NCBI GenBank assembly: GCA_043228905.1
Contig: JBHGNT010000011.1
Coordinates: 14,322,001 to 14,386,000 of the forward strand
Length of the DNA: 64,000 nucleotides
Source of the DNA: Azolla caroliniana
Taxonomy: Eukaryota > Plantae > Polypodiophyta
Direction of reading: 5' to 3'
A program made the translations under genes and the position numbers. A model generated the notes under the pieces. The model was given only the letters and a program-made list of their open reading frames with translations, was not told the DNA's origin and ran no database searches. Shown here piece after piece: positions 48,206 through 61,837 of the stretch; the first letter of the stretch is position 1; each line of letters starts with the position of its first letter.

Positions 48206-51200
48206 ATGGCTCACAGACTTCTGCGTAATGAAGAAGCTGATGGATGGGAGAGATCTGACTTCCCAATTATCTGTGAATCTTGTCTCGGAGATAATCCCTA
48301 TGTTCGCATGGTAAGATTTCTTTCTCTCTTTAATAGGAGTTTTACTCTGCTTTTTGAAGCCATATATAGACAGTAAAGTAAAACCCTAATCTGTACGTTT
48401 GTAGAAATCTAGGGTTTTCTGGCGTGCTTTAGAAATTTGATTGGTTTAGGGTAATTAATCTCTTGTTTTAAGGGTTTATACCTTACCTTATTAAACTTTT
48501 TTGTAGATATTTCAAAGGTTTCCTGCCATTAAGTTTTTTGAAGATGTTTTAGTTTTTCTATCCTGCTTCGGCATTTGCACCAAGATTCTTGCGGGTTGTT
48601 TCACTTACTTCACTAATGTTTCCGTAGTTATTTGGGGTCCTTTTGTAATTTTGTAGAAATCTTGTCCTTGAAGTTACGGTTTTACTTCAATAATAGTTTT
48701 TGGAGATTATAAGGTTTGCTTCAGCAAGCCTGTTTTTGTTTCGAGGGTTTTCTCATGGTTTCTTCATTAAATTTGTCCAAGAAGGTTTTTTTTCAGTAAT
48801 CTTCTTTGTGGATTTTTTTAGGGTTTTATCCTGGCTTCACTTTATTTATTCGTGCTAACTTTCTTATTTTCTTGATAAAAATGGTTTGGGTTGCAGACTA
48901 AAGCTAATTTTGATAAGGAATGCAAGATATGCACACGACCATTTACTGTGTTCAGATGGAGACCTGGGAGAGATGCTAGATATAAGAAGACTGAGGTTTG
49001 CCAGACATGTAGTAAATTGAAGAATGTTTGCCAAGTATGTTTGCTTGATTTGGAATATGGTCTTCCGGTTCAAGTTCGAGATTCAGCCCTTGGTATCAAC
49101 ACAAATGATGTCATTCCAAAAAGTGATGTCAATCGAGAGTATTTTGCTGAAGAGCATGATAGGAAGGTAATAGAGAATTGGTTGTTTTGTGTGGCTTTGT
49201 CAAACAAATTTCACTTGAGAAGTAATCAATTAAGGTAGCAGTAGATGAAAGAGATAGCCATCATGATGCGATAAGTTAATGATGGTCAACCATAATGCGA
49301 TAAGTTAGCTATGGTGTTGCAGCATCATTGCCAAATGTTGCAATATTATTCCCAAAAGCATTCTCAATCACAAATATCTTTTTTGTGCTTGGTGTAATCA
49401 CATGGGAATAATGAAATGTAGAGATAGATGGCCAGAAGTTGCTCAGTGTATTCATAGAGATTGATAGTAATTCCAGAGAAAGGTGTCTGTGTTTTGCTGT
49501 GGAGGTGAGAAAGTCAATGAGGGATATTCGCAGAGAGCGCCAGGGAACATAGAGCATTTCTGGATCAGAAGTTGGTTTCCTTTTTATGCTCTTGAACTCA
49601 ATTTCTTCAATAGGCATAAGTTGCTCAATGATTTACATAGAATTAGGAATAATATTCTTGGAGGTTGATTATGTATAAGATGAATTGATTGTGCATGGTA
49701 GACGTTGAGCTCATTCCCATAAGTCAAGTCAGGAGATTGATATTTCATCACCTTAACAGGATGAGTCAAGGTCAAGATTCACATAATTCCCAAAAGTGAG
49801 GCCCATTGCAAATAACAATACCTGGCCATACAATGCTCAGTTTATTTGGAAGTAAAAACAGTATTCATACAGATTGACATTTATTATTCACGGAAGGAAA
49901 AATGGTGTGGGTTCTAAAATGTAATTAGGTGTATGAAAGGCTTCCTGGATAATCCTAGGTCACTTCTTAAATATTGTACCCTCAAGGTTTTTCTGTACTA
50001 GTTAATGGGACTATGAGTTACAAGCCTGAATCTGGGCTGTTCTATTGTGCATTGTCTCAGTGTACTTTGTATCTATATTATGGGCACTAAAAGCTGACCA
50101 TTCTCTCTATGCTTTGTGTAATTCTTAGGTGTCTTTGTGATTATGGCAAGTGATCTGGCCTCCATCATTACTGGAGACTATGTTAAAATTTGACATATAG
50201 CCCTACTAATTTTTCAGGCGAGTGCTGGGCTTGATTATGAGTCATCATATGGAAAAGCTCGTCCAAATGATACAATCCTGAAGCTCCAGAGAACAACGCC
50301 CTATTACAAAAGAAATCGGGCACATGTTTGTAGTTTCTATGTCCGCGGTGAGTGCACGAGAGGAGCAGAGTGCCCTTATCGTCATGAGATGCCTGTTACA
50401 GGAGAGCTTTCTCAACAGAATATCAAAGATCGATATTATGGGTACAGTATCTGTCAGGACAAGATTTTTTTCTCTGCAAAAACTTTGAAATACCTGGAGT
50501 TTTTTCTTGTTTTTCTTAAATGCCCTTAACTTTCCCCAATTGCCATTGGTCACCCTGAAGGAGCAATATTATGGTCTATGAATCTGTCATTTGAATGCAA
50601 TATTTCAGCAATTATACAGTCAATTAATCCCCTTTTCTCTCTTTTGGGGTCATTTGGGAAATTAAGAAAAAGCTCATGGGTATTTTGGTGTTTTTCTGTA
50701 TTTTTAGACAATTAGAATCGATATGATTTCTCATGCTCCATTTCATGGTGGATGTAGAGTGAATGACCCAGTTGCTTCAAAGCTTTTAAGAAAAGCAGGA
50801 GAGATGCCCTCACTGGCACCACCTGATGATGAGAGTATCAGAACTTTGTATGTGGGTGGCCTTGATCAAAGAGTAACTGAAGATGATTTGAGAGACTTCT
50901 TCTATGCATATGGGGAAGTTGAATCAATCCGCCTGGTTGCTCAAAGGGCGTGTGCTTTCGTCACATATACCACAAGGGAAGCTGCTGAAAAAGCTGCTGA
51001 AAATCTAGCTAATAAGCTTGTTATCAAAGGTCTTAGACTTAAACTGATGTGGGGTAGGCCTCAAATGCCAAGGTCAGATCTGGAGTATAATCCTGGAAAC
51101 CACAGTGGTGGGATGGTAGCTCACAGTGGGATGCTTCCGAGGTCAATTATCTCACAACAGCAAATTACACAAGAAATGCAAAACGGACAAGGTCAGCCTC

Positions 51201-51616
51201 CATTGAATTACTTCAATATCCCACCGCCTTCATTGCCAACAGAAAGGCCATTTTATCCTTCGATGGATCCCCAAAGGATGGGGTCAGTTGCTCCAGCACA
51301 AGATTCTGGAGTTACCTCAGGGGAGAATCAGAATCAGAATCAGAATCCTTCCTTCCAACGGCCCCCATATGGTCCTGGTTCAGCTGGCATAGTTCCTCCA
51401 TATCCACACTTGCAATACCAACAACCAATTCCTGGGCAACAATTCTGGCCTTATCCTCACGCTCCTCATCTGGCATACCAACAATATGCACAATACCCGA
51501 CACAAGCATCAACATCTGCCACATCAGCATCAGTTACAGGGCAAGCTTCAGCTTCAGCTGTGGCCCCTGCACCACCAGCAATACAAGCGCAAACACATGC
51601 TCTGCCTCAATCTTAA
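48206..51616 (+). CDS. RBM22: Pre-mRNA splicing factor RBM22/SLT11 (MAC5; CCCH zinc finger + RRM), ~485 aa, 4 exons
   Basis: join(48206..48310,48897..49166,50218..50441,50758..51616). Motifs [76 protein letters not shown]...CAFVTY. Confidence 0.96.
48381..48389 (+). promoter_or_regulatory. Telo-box AAACCCTAA in RBM22 intron 1
   Basis: Exact motif, with TAGGGTTT-like variants nearby. Common in plant RNA-processing genes. Confidence 0.45.
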
Positions 51617-52702
51617 ATGCTTTTCTTTCATTCTTGTATTATGCCTATGGAGATTTTTGTGCCAGATGGTTGTAAGCACAGGAATTCTTTGAACTCTCCA
51701 AGGCTGTTTTTGTAAGACAGACCTTTGAAGTTGTTCTGATCAATATGTGAGTTTTGTTTTTTAATAATAGCCTTACAATATCAATGGACAGTCATGTTTG
51801 AGAATTATAGTTAGTGATATTAATTTCTTATTCAAAGTACATGACCTGAATTATTCAAAGTTGATTTCCTATTGAAAGTAACGTTTCTGGATTATACAAA
51901 GCAATGTTGCTGAATCCTTCTGACCCTACATTACTGCAATAACCTAATGTGAGTGTAGGACCTTTCTAGTTTGGTATTGATTTTTATTTTATCCTTTTAT
52001 TTGTCAGCACGTTTTGGATCTCTCAGCACACCACTATATCCTAATAATGAGAGGTTTTCTTGACCTGGACTAGTTTTGTTTCTTGCTTCACGCAACACTA
52101 AAACCTAGGATATTCTACTCAAAGACTTCTAAGCTTAATGGTTTTTTTATAGAGTTTTCATTGATTTGGGCTTTTCTGATTTACTGATTTTTCCATTTTT
52201 ATTTGTATGTTATGGTCTTTACAAGAGCTACAGATTTTCTTCTACACAATTAGGATGCAACCAAATTTGATCTTTTATCTTGTATTAGATTAGATTTTCT
52301 GGCAAGCTATTTGAAAGACTATCTCTGGAAGTTAGGCGTCAATAACATTGATTCTAATTTTTTAAAACTTCAAGTTCATTTTTCTTTTCTGAGATATTAA
52401 TGACGAGGAAAGGAAGCCATAAAGTTAACTAAAAGGTAGTTTATAAGACGGTTTGCTATATTACCTTTCAGGTCATAATAGAATGTTTGTGAACATCCTT
52501 ATATGACATGATCTTCCATCTGGATTCTTGTCTAGCATCATGAACTGCAATTTGAAAGGCAATTCAGATTAGTATTGAACACTCGATGGAAACATGGGGG
52601 GGGATGGGAAATGCAAAAGTTTGCCTGAGGCAAGTTGGTTCTTCCCTATGCAAGAACAAGACTTATCAAGCCATTCATAGATGGTCAAATCAATCTTGAT
52701 AG

Positions 52703-53366
52703 TAGGGATCGGCAACGGCTCGGCTCAAGCCTAAACCGTTTGGCTTAGCCGGCTTGAAAACGGCTTAGCGGCTCGACTTGGCTTGAGCCTCGCCAAACCG
52801 GCTCAAGCCGGATAAACCGTTTAAGCCGTTTATAAACTTTAGAGAGGGGGAGAGAGACAACAGACAAGGGGAAAGAGAGAGAGAGAGTAAGGGAGGGAGA
52901 ACTACATAGACGAGGAGAGAGAGACAGAGGGAGGGAGACAACATATAAGGAGAGAGAGAGAGAGAGAGACTACACAAACGAGGAGAGAGAGAGAGAGGGA
53001 GGGAGACAACATATAAGGAGAGAGAGAGAGAGAGAGACTACACAAACGAGGAGAGAGAGAGGGAGGGAGAGTCGAGACCATAGACGTGAGAGAGAGAGAG
53101 AGAGAGGATTTACATAGAGGGGAGAGAGAGGGAGAGGGAGAGGGAGAGAGAGTGGGAGGGATCATCTGAGAGAGAGAGAGAGAGACGGAGGTTTCTAAAC
53201 CGGTTTGGAAACCGGTTTACAAGCCGGTTTAGCCTAAACCGGTTTGTGAACCGGCTCGGCTCGGCTCGGCTGAGGTTTGAGATCCTGTAAACGGTTTAGG
53301 CTTAGCCGGTTTGGCTTGGATCAGGCCAAACCGGCTAAGCCTAAACCGAACCGTTGCCGATCCCTA
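52703..53366. mobile_element. Non-autonomous hAT (Ac/Ds-like) element
   Basis: TIRs TAGGGATCGGCAACGG. Perfect 8-bp TSD cttgatag (52695-52702 and 53367-53374). Subterminal AAACCG/CCGG repeats and a GA-rich repeated interior. Confidence 0.95.
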
Positions 53367-54010
53367 CTTGATAGCTTCAAATGCAAAAGCTTATACTGTT
53401 CAAAAGTGGGGGGCACATCAGATAAATCAAATGTTTTTAACTGTTTATGATAAGGCCAATAAATAATTAACAGACTTGTTCATGGATAACTGATGGGTTA
53501 ATGTGGCATTGCACAAGAAGAGAAAATATTTCACGTTAATAAAAAACTCTGGGGTTTGTTATTCCAAAACTTTTATACAAGGTTTTTACTAAACCTCAGG
53601 TGACTGCTGCTTTAAAGATGTAGTTTGTAGTTTACATATAGATACATATCTATAACAACACTTTCTCTCATTACCCAATAAGGTAGATGACAAAGAGAGT
53701 GAGCTTGCCCATATACATGGGAGGCTTAACAATACTCTATACATCAGCTAAAAAATAATATGGTCGCACACCATTGGGACTGACCAAAACCGCAAAAATA
53801 GTTGAGGTGGCACAATATTTAATTAAATCATGTCAATCAGCAGGCGCAGTATCATGACACATCCCCAGGGTCGTGATGAAATTGTGACATGTGAGCGGAC
53901 ACGTCAGTACATGGGATTTCCAATCATAGAACACGGCCGACCAATAGACATGAACCGGTTGAAGCTATTTACATGTGAGGCCATTATATTTTGTATACAA
54001 GCTTTGTTTG

Positions 54011-57000
54011 TCAGAATTGCATCGCAATTTCCCTATGCCGGAGCAGATCGTCATGGTAATCACTCGAGCTGTAATCACTATCAAACCCAGGGTCTTGAAG
54101 GCATATTGAACGAGATGAAAATACAGTAACCGTGCCAGCTCCATCCGATAGAGTTAGATCATCGGTTAGCAACTGCAAAACCTACGTTAACAAACAAAGA
54201 TGTAAAGAACAAGGCCTTCAAAATGATGCAAAATTGGACATAGAACATCATGTTAAGGTTCATAATGCTGACCTGTCTCATTGATGGGCGGCATTGTGGT
54301 GATTGTTGTACACATAGAGCAGCTGCCATCATCATGCTTTGCATTTCTTGGGGATTGAAGATGCCATGGAGCCTATGATCGACAAGCTTTTCAGTGTCCA
54401 TAGCTTCTAGGAAGGGCCTTGCCTATGTAACAAATACAGATTGTTGCGGCAAACCATCAGGTAGAATCAACACACCAAGCAATCCAAAGAAACAATAGGA
54501 AGAAGCTGGTGTAGAAAATCATTCCATTATCCTTTTAACTTCCAAGGAGTGCAATTCTTGTTACGAATATTATGCACAGATAACTAAGCATTTAATATGA
54601 GATTGGGGGTGAAATAATGCTAGATATAGGTCAATCATCAGTCAGGTTGGCAAATATAACAGTAAAGGGGTAAAAGCATAAAGCATGAAACATCATACCC
54701 ACATAAGTAGGCTTGGTTGAAAGCCCTCAATAGGTTTGCACCCAGTAATGAGCTCAAGGAGGAGAACTCCAAACGCAAATACATCTGTCTTCTCGTCTAC
54801 AATACCATGCATGACATACTCTGGCGCAAGATATCTGTCGAACATATTCAAGAGTGAACATGGATTTTTTTTTTACTAAAAAGTTTATGTCATGGAAATC
54901 ACTGAGGGTATGTATATAGATTCATGGTTATTCACCCAAATGTTCCTTCAACTTCAGTCATGATCTGGGAGCATTGGTATGGCAGACATTTGGCAAGTCC
55001 AAAATCTGATATCTGCATTGAAAAAATAATAAGCCGAGTTCTACAACAACGTGACACGCGTTTATGTTCTTCAATGTACATCAAGGTAGGTCCTAATGAC
55101 ATGTATGCAATATGTATGCAAGGCTATCCAATTGTAAAACACATAAAGCGACCTTGCAATCATTTTTATGTGGGTTTTGAATTTCACTCTCACATATCTG
55201 AGAATTATATAGTCTTATGACTGATATATTGAGATATTTGCTTGTAAAAAGTTGTGGGTTTTCACCTTACCTTTACACTTTTGATCAGTGATATGATATG
55301 TTATAGTACTAAAACTAACGTATGTTGTGGAAATCTTCACAGTCAACTTATACATGCCTGAGCCTCAAAGCTTGATCCTAAGAGGATATTAGAGGCCTTT
55401 ATATCTCGATGAATGATTCGGCGTTGACAATTCGAATGGAGATAGTCCAAGCCACGTGCCGTGCCCACAGCTATTCGATATCGAATCATCCACTTCAGTG
55501 TTGGAAACTTCCTATCTGAGAAATGAGTGAAATTTGTGTCTTCTTTAGCTTGGATCAATATGTGAACATTAGAAGAAAACAGTATCACAATTACTATATT
55601 ACCATGTAGCCGTGATTCCAAACTTCCATGCTCTAAGAAGTGGAAAACAAGATAAAGGCCATTACTGCTGCAAAATCCTACAAAGCGAGCAATGTTCGGA
55701 TGAGAGATCTGGCAAAGCATTCCAATTTCCATTAGAAATTCGGTTATAAGCTGCTCTCCTGAATTGCTTTGAATCAGCCTTTTCACGGCAACAAGCTGAC
55801 CCTGATCAAGTAAACCCTTGTAAACCTCTGAATGACCTCCTTTCCCCACTAAATTATCTGTGAGTGTGTAATGAAGTCAAGAAAAATTCAATATATCACA
55901 TCAAGAAAATAAATATGGTTTATGACAAGAAATATACAAGATAATAACCTGGACTGAAGAAGTTTGTTGCTTTTAAAATCTCTTCATAGGTGAAGTTCTT
56001 CCAGGTGTGCACTGGTTGGTTCATCTTCAAATTGTGTCTCTTAGGTAGACTTACATTGAATAAACTATGCACAAATGATCTCAATGGGCTTCCTAATATG
56101 TTGTGATAGATTGTAGTCTTTTTGGATTGTTTTAATGGTGGAAATGTATAGGACCTGGATACTTTTCTACCCCTTGTCCATATGCTGAGGCAGCTTTGGG
56201 ATCTCTTTATCAAAGATGAATCTTCATCATCCAGGAATTCAGACAAAATGGGAGTTTTTTTTGATGAGGTGAGCAGCCCAGTACGATCATTTGCTGTAAG
56301 ATTGTCATCAAAGTCATTAAGCGCATGTGAACTGTCCAGAACCCTCTTAGGTGAATATGGTGTATTGGTATCTAGCGATGGTGTTTCATGATATGAAACA
56401 ATAGAATATGTATCAATCCCCTCTGTGAAAGCTTTGACTCCATTTTCCATTTCATGTTTCAACAACTCATCTACAGAGAGGAAAAAACGTCAATTTGTTA
56501 GGGAAAACAACTAAACCAGCATAGCCTTAACCAGGCATCACAATGCTTACTTTTAGCCAAGAGTAACTAACCTTCATCCAATAATCCAACCCTTGATTTC
56601 TTTTCTTTGCGAAAGAGAACCTTGTAATCTCGCACAACTATTACAGAACATCTTTTTGACAATTGAGTAAACAGAGAATTCCCTCTTCTTTGAGCATGCC
56701 TAAAAGAAAGGAAACCACATAAGATGCTTAGCTCTTAGGTTATCAAGAGATTCCTCTCCCTCACTTTCCTCATTTCATTATTAATTTCAAGAACCAAAAG
56801 GTCATGAATAAATCCCTTACAGTAACATCCATTTTACCTTCGTGATCGTTGGGCAGAAATAGTCACAACAAGCGTGCTGGCCTTCATATCTGACACCTTC
56901 TCAATTAAAATCTTGTCTGCAATATTGCTTTTTGAAAGCTTAAGGTTCAGATGTACCTGAAGACGAACACATGAGCAACTTGAAATCTCATTCAAAGAGC

Positions 57001-58101
57001 ATGTGGAATGCATCTTTAGAATATCCCTTTTTCATCAAAATGTACCTGCTTTGCATCACATAAATCTTGTAATGTTTTGAACCGAGACTCCTGAATATCC
57101 ATTGCTTCGGGTTGATGTGATGAACGCTCTTCTCTGAAGTTCCACAAATCATTATCTGCTCATTAATCATGTAAAAAGGATCAAGTTAAACTGAAGAAAC
57201 TTATGGACCAAATAGTTATTCTTCCATCATCACCAACATCATCATTTATGCTAATCCACTCCTACAACGGGTTCCCACTTTGCTCTTTAGGAGAAAAATC
57301 ACAAACTTTGACAATATGATAGCATAAATAGCTAGGTCCATAAGGCATGTGGGTACCGACAGTTGTCCATGCCTCACCTAGCTAGGAATGAGAGACCCCT
57401 AGTCCATTGAAACTCATGATTATACAAAAGCCCATGAAGTTAAACACCACACAATATCTCATGATGTTACGCACCATTGAGAAGCCTACAAATGCCCATG
57501 ATGTTACTCATTGTATTGAATGTCACGACGCTAAGTACGATTTGGAAGTCAATGATGTAAATTAAACAGCCTTCAGAACAAGAAAGTGTTCCTAGATTGC
57601 TAACTGTGGCCTATGTGTGAAAGACTTATGCACAGACAATTGGGTGACAAAGAATTCCTGCATTTTTAGCTTCAATGAAGCTCCAAATCCACAGAAAACA
57701 AAATGCCCAAAACTTGCGAATTTGGTGAGTTATCGGCTAAAATGAAGCTCATAATAATTGAATAGAAAGGACCAGAAACCCAATTTACTGCGTTACTTGA
57801 ATCCATGAGTTATATATTGCTAACTGAAAGAGAGAGAGAAGGGGGGGGGGGGGGGGAGGGAGGGAGGGAAACGAAATAGGAAATAAATAAATAACAAAGA
57901 TGAGAAATCACCATAGCCACGATCCTGTAGGTGAAGAGAAATAACAACATCTCCAGGGCGAGCAGCCGTATTGATTGTCCAAGCAAGAAGATGGAAACCA
58001 TGGTCAAGATCAGAAAAGGCTACAATGATGGTTTCTAATCTTGAAGAAGAATAAGAAGAGGAGGAGGAAGCAGCAACAACAGCAGAGGGAGAGGAAACCA
58101 T
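54011..58101 (-). CDS. Receptor-like cytoplasmic kinase (RLCK-VI/RBK-like) with N-terminal USP-like domain, ~671 aa, 11 exons
   Basis: Exons 58101-57912, 57155-57046, 56956-56838, 56699-56572, 56470-55949, 55857-55603, 55515-55358, 55012-54936, 54834-54699, 54422-54273, 54181-54011 are in frame. Motifs [47 protein letters not shown]-like [28 protein letters not shown]-terminal [12 protein letters not shown]. Confidence 0.92.
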
Positions 58102-58347
58102 GATGGGTGAATCTCTTAGCTTCGATTTAGTGAGCTGAGGAAACCATGGTGGATTTAGCTCTGTTCAAGACTTGACTTGCTAAGCATGATGAGGCAAGAG
58201 GAAAGGAAAGGAAAGGAGGGAGGAGTGTATTTGGAGAGACAGGGGAGGGAGGAAAGGAAAGAAAGGAAGTATTTGTGAGAAGAAGAAGCATTTGATTTTA
58301 TTTGATTTGATGGAGATGGAGATGGAGATAGATGATTGATTTGATAT

Positions 58348-58349
<2 letters not shown>

Positions 58350-58395
<46 letters not shown>

Positions 58396-58586
58396 TTGCT
58401 TTCATCTAAAGATATGTACATACAATACAATACAATACATACATACATACATACATACAAAACATACAATACAATACATACAGCAAGCACACATAAAAAG
58501 AGAATGATAGATTTTAATTTTGTTTTGTTTGTTTGTTTGTGTGTGTGTGTGTGTGTGTATCTTAGAGAGAGAGAGAGAGAGAGAGA
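58350..58586. repeat. (CT)n, (ATAC/ATACA)n, (GT)n and (GA)n microsatellite cluster upstream of the RLCK gene
   Basis: Directly visible simple repeats. Confidence 0.9.
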
Positions 58587-61500
58587 TCTTTGAATGGTCC
58601 CCCCTCTAGACTTCTATGGGCGCCAATGTTCCCATCAAACCTCTCGACAAGGTGTTGACATCGGCATGGGCATCGCCATCACCCACATCACATGCACATG
58701 GCACACACCCACCTGCCAACCCTAGCTAAAGAGTGGGTGGGAGAGCGAGAGAGAGAGAGATGGCCTTGTATTCTGTAGATGTCATATTGGATGTGTTTCT
58801 TCCTGATCGGTCGCTCACTCCTCACTCACAGCGCGATGCACTCCCTCCCTTGAACAAACACGTCACATGTTCTAGAGCGCTTGTAACTACTTTTCCCCGG
58901 CCGCCGGTTCAATGCACACAGCACGCCGCCCCACGCGGGAATGTCTAGACAGTAATGTATCCCGTCGATCGCGTCCTTGTTATATCGCTTGGCCCTGGTT
59001 CCACATGCAAGACACACCGCTCAACACAACATGTCTCATACAGAAATTATAGTCAGTGATGTGTGACTGACATTTCACTCGTGCTTTCTTTCTCTTCTCT
59101 TCTTTTTAGTTGCTTGCCAATGTTTGATGTAAACGACACACGTCACAAGCTTCGATACCTCTTCTTTGGAAATCCTTGCAAGTAATGCGTGGCTAACATG
59201 TTGTACTTTGTGTTCCCAACATTGTTGCATACCTTTGTTTGGTGCACAAGACACATTGCCAAGTGGGGTGCCTTCTCTCAATCTAACTAGTAAAGTGTGA
59301 TAAGCTCGCACCTTGGTTGTATTTTGCTTGGCTTTGTTCAATCTACAAAAACATACATGTCAAAGGTTCCTTTCATGTTCTAGGAGAGTTCCTAAATCTA
59401 GACTCGTGTATATGATTTGCTTGCCATTCATGTTTTAGTGCTCACATTGTCATAGTTATGAGAACATTAGTTAATTCATACAACGTGCAATTGCACAGGC
59501 TTCTTGTGCTAAAGAGTTTGTTAGTATTTCTCGAGACGATATAGGATGGAAATAAGAGACTTATTCGTCCCCCATAGGTATCATTTAAGACTGAAGGTGA
59601 CCTAGATGGAAAGTGTCGTTGGCCCTACCCTCAATGACTTTCTCCCTTGAAGCTACTTAGTTTTAGCCTCAAAGCAACCATGACGGGAGTGCCACTGGCC
59701 CTACCCTCAATGTCTTTCTCGTTTCATATTACTTAGGTTTAGTCTCCCTCGAATTGGCACTCTTAGTGCTTGTCATAGATCAGTTAGGCCTCTTTACAAG
59801 GAAATGTTTTCTCCTCTTCAAAAAGAACATTTTGATAACTTAGTCAAAAACATTTCGACATTAAATTTTTCTTGGACAAGGAGAAAATAATTGGTGTACG
59901 TCTTTAAAATAAATAGAACCTCATTATTGGGTAGGATCGTCTTGTCCTTGTAGGTATACACGTATATAAACATAGAGACTCACAATGGGGAAGTCACTCC
60001 AAATAATTAGTGAGTTTCCATAATTGTTTGATTGTAGGTTGTAGCTATAACCAAAATGTTAGTCTCTATAACCATTTTTGCACCAAATTGTTAGTAAGTG
60101 GGAGTATCTCACTTTACGAGCTTAAACATGAGTAATTCACGAGTCACACCAATTCTAAAGCTTTAGTATGGGTGAATTTATGTATTAGACTCACATGCTC
60201 ACAAGTCACAAGAGCAAGAACCTTCCTTCCGGAACATTGTCATGAATGATGCCATATGTTGATAGTGAATGGGTCCCTCCTTGTGTGACGCAAAATGTTA
60301 ACAATTGCCCCTCCAAACATTAGTCACTAACTTAGAAATGGAAATCTAGAGACATAAGTAATGAGGAATAGTCATCAAGACAATAAAATAATGGAGCATA
60401 ATCACGAGCAAATCCTCCTCGAGTAATATGCAAACAAGTATGTGAATCTCGTAGAAACACTCGCTTCCCTTTTAATTCAATATGATAATCCATCCTATGA
60501 TATTATTGGAATTCATCCTATGATATTATTGCCTTTATCATTTTATATATGGGAATATGTTTATATTCTACCTCTCCTTTTATAGAAAAGGCAAAGGAAA
60601 TGAATTGTTGAGGCTATAAGAAAAATTGCTTTGAGAATTAGAGATTATGACTAGGCTTTGTAAGTAGATATGAGAAACATATCAAGAATATATTATTATT
60701 CTTTCTTTCTACACCTTTGACCTTTTTCCTAAGCTTAGCTAACATATCCAAAAGAACTTCTTTTGTTAGTTCTCTTTCTTAGGCACGTCACATCTTCTCT
60801 TAGTACTTTACATATTTGGTTTTCGTCACTAACATTTGTCACAACTAATAACCTCTCATTTAAACTTGAATATGGTAGAACAAAGGGGAACGAATTTTTT
60901 CTCAATATTGACTTGACTTTATATTGTGACCTTCATAAGTAGATAAAGCATTACACTATCATTGGTAGTATGTCGTTATGCAACATTTAAGCCTCCTCAA
61001 GTTTATTTCCTATCAATCATGCTAAAAAAAACAAGGCAAATGTAAATGTAGCTATTGAAATACAATGTGCATTAGTCAATTGTTGTTGGCATGCCACATC
61101 AAGCTCAATAATCTCTCTCTCTCTCTCTCCCCATCTTTCTCTCTATAGCGAGGCAGATAACACACAAATGGTCTGAGAGATGGAATGTGGCAACATAACA
61201 CGTGTGAAGTGTTCATAGTATGTGTATGACAAATATCCAATATACAACCAAATGGGACAAGGATGCCCAAGAATAGCAAATTGCAAATCCTTTTACGCTT
61301 ACGCAAACCAACAAACCAATTGAAACTTGAGATAACAAGAAGGAAGTGTTAGAATGTATCTACTATTGTTTCACCCCCAATACCATTTTATGTGAGAAGA
61401 GCAATCACTCTCTACATTTGTAGTTAGGATCTTGAAATTGAAAATGGAGCTTGCGGAGAAGTTTCTAGATCAAACCTCATTTGCACTCTCCCTTAATCAT

Positions 61501-61802
61501 GAGGCCAAGGATGATGACCATCTCACACTATGATGTGAAGCACTAAAGATAATTTGGCAATAGTTTCCACAATTGAGTACATATCATTTGGCTTCTCCAA
61601 GTTGGATAACCCAAGCAATGCCCCTTAGGAACATATCTATTCTCTATATTTAAGCATCGTAAACTAGCTAGTACATGACCTTGTTGCATCAACAGAGGAG
61701 ATCATCTTTTAATGTTCTTATTCAATCCCATAGGACATGTTTCCACCTTCTTAGGACGTTAAAATATCATCATCATCATCATCTTACTCACTTGCACGCG
61801 CG

Positions 61803-61837
<35 letters not shown>

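Noticed and set aside
59620-59713. Short direct repeat ggccctaccctcaatg
   Set aside because: Only two copies with no associated structure.
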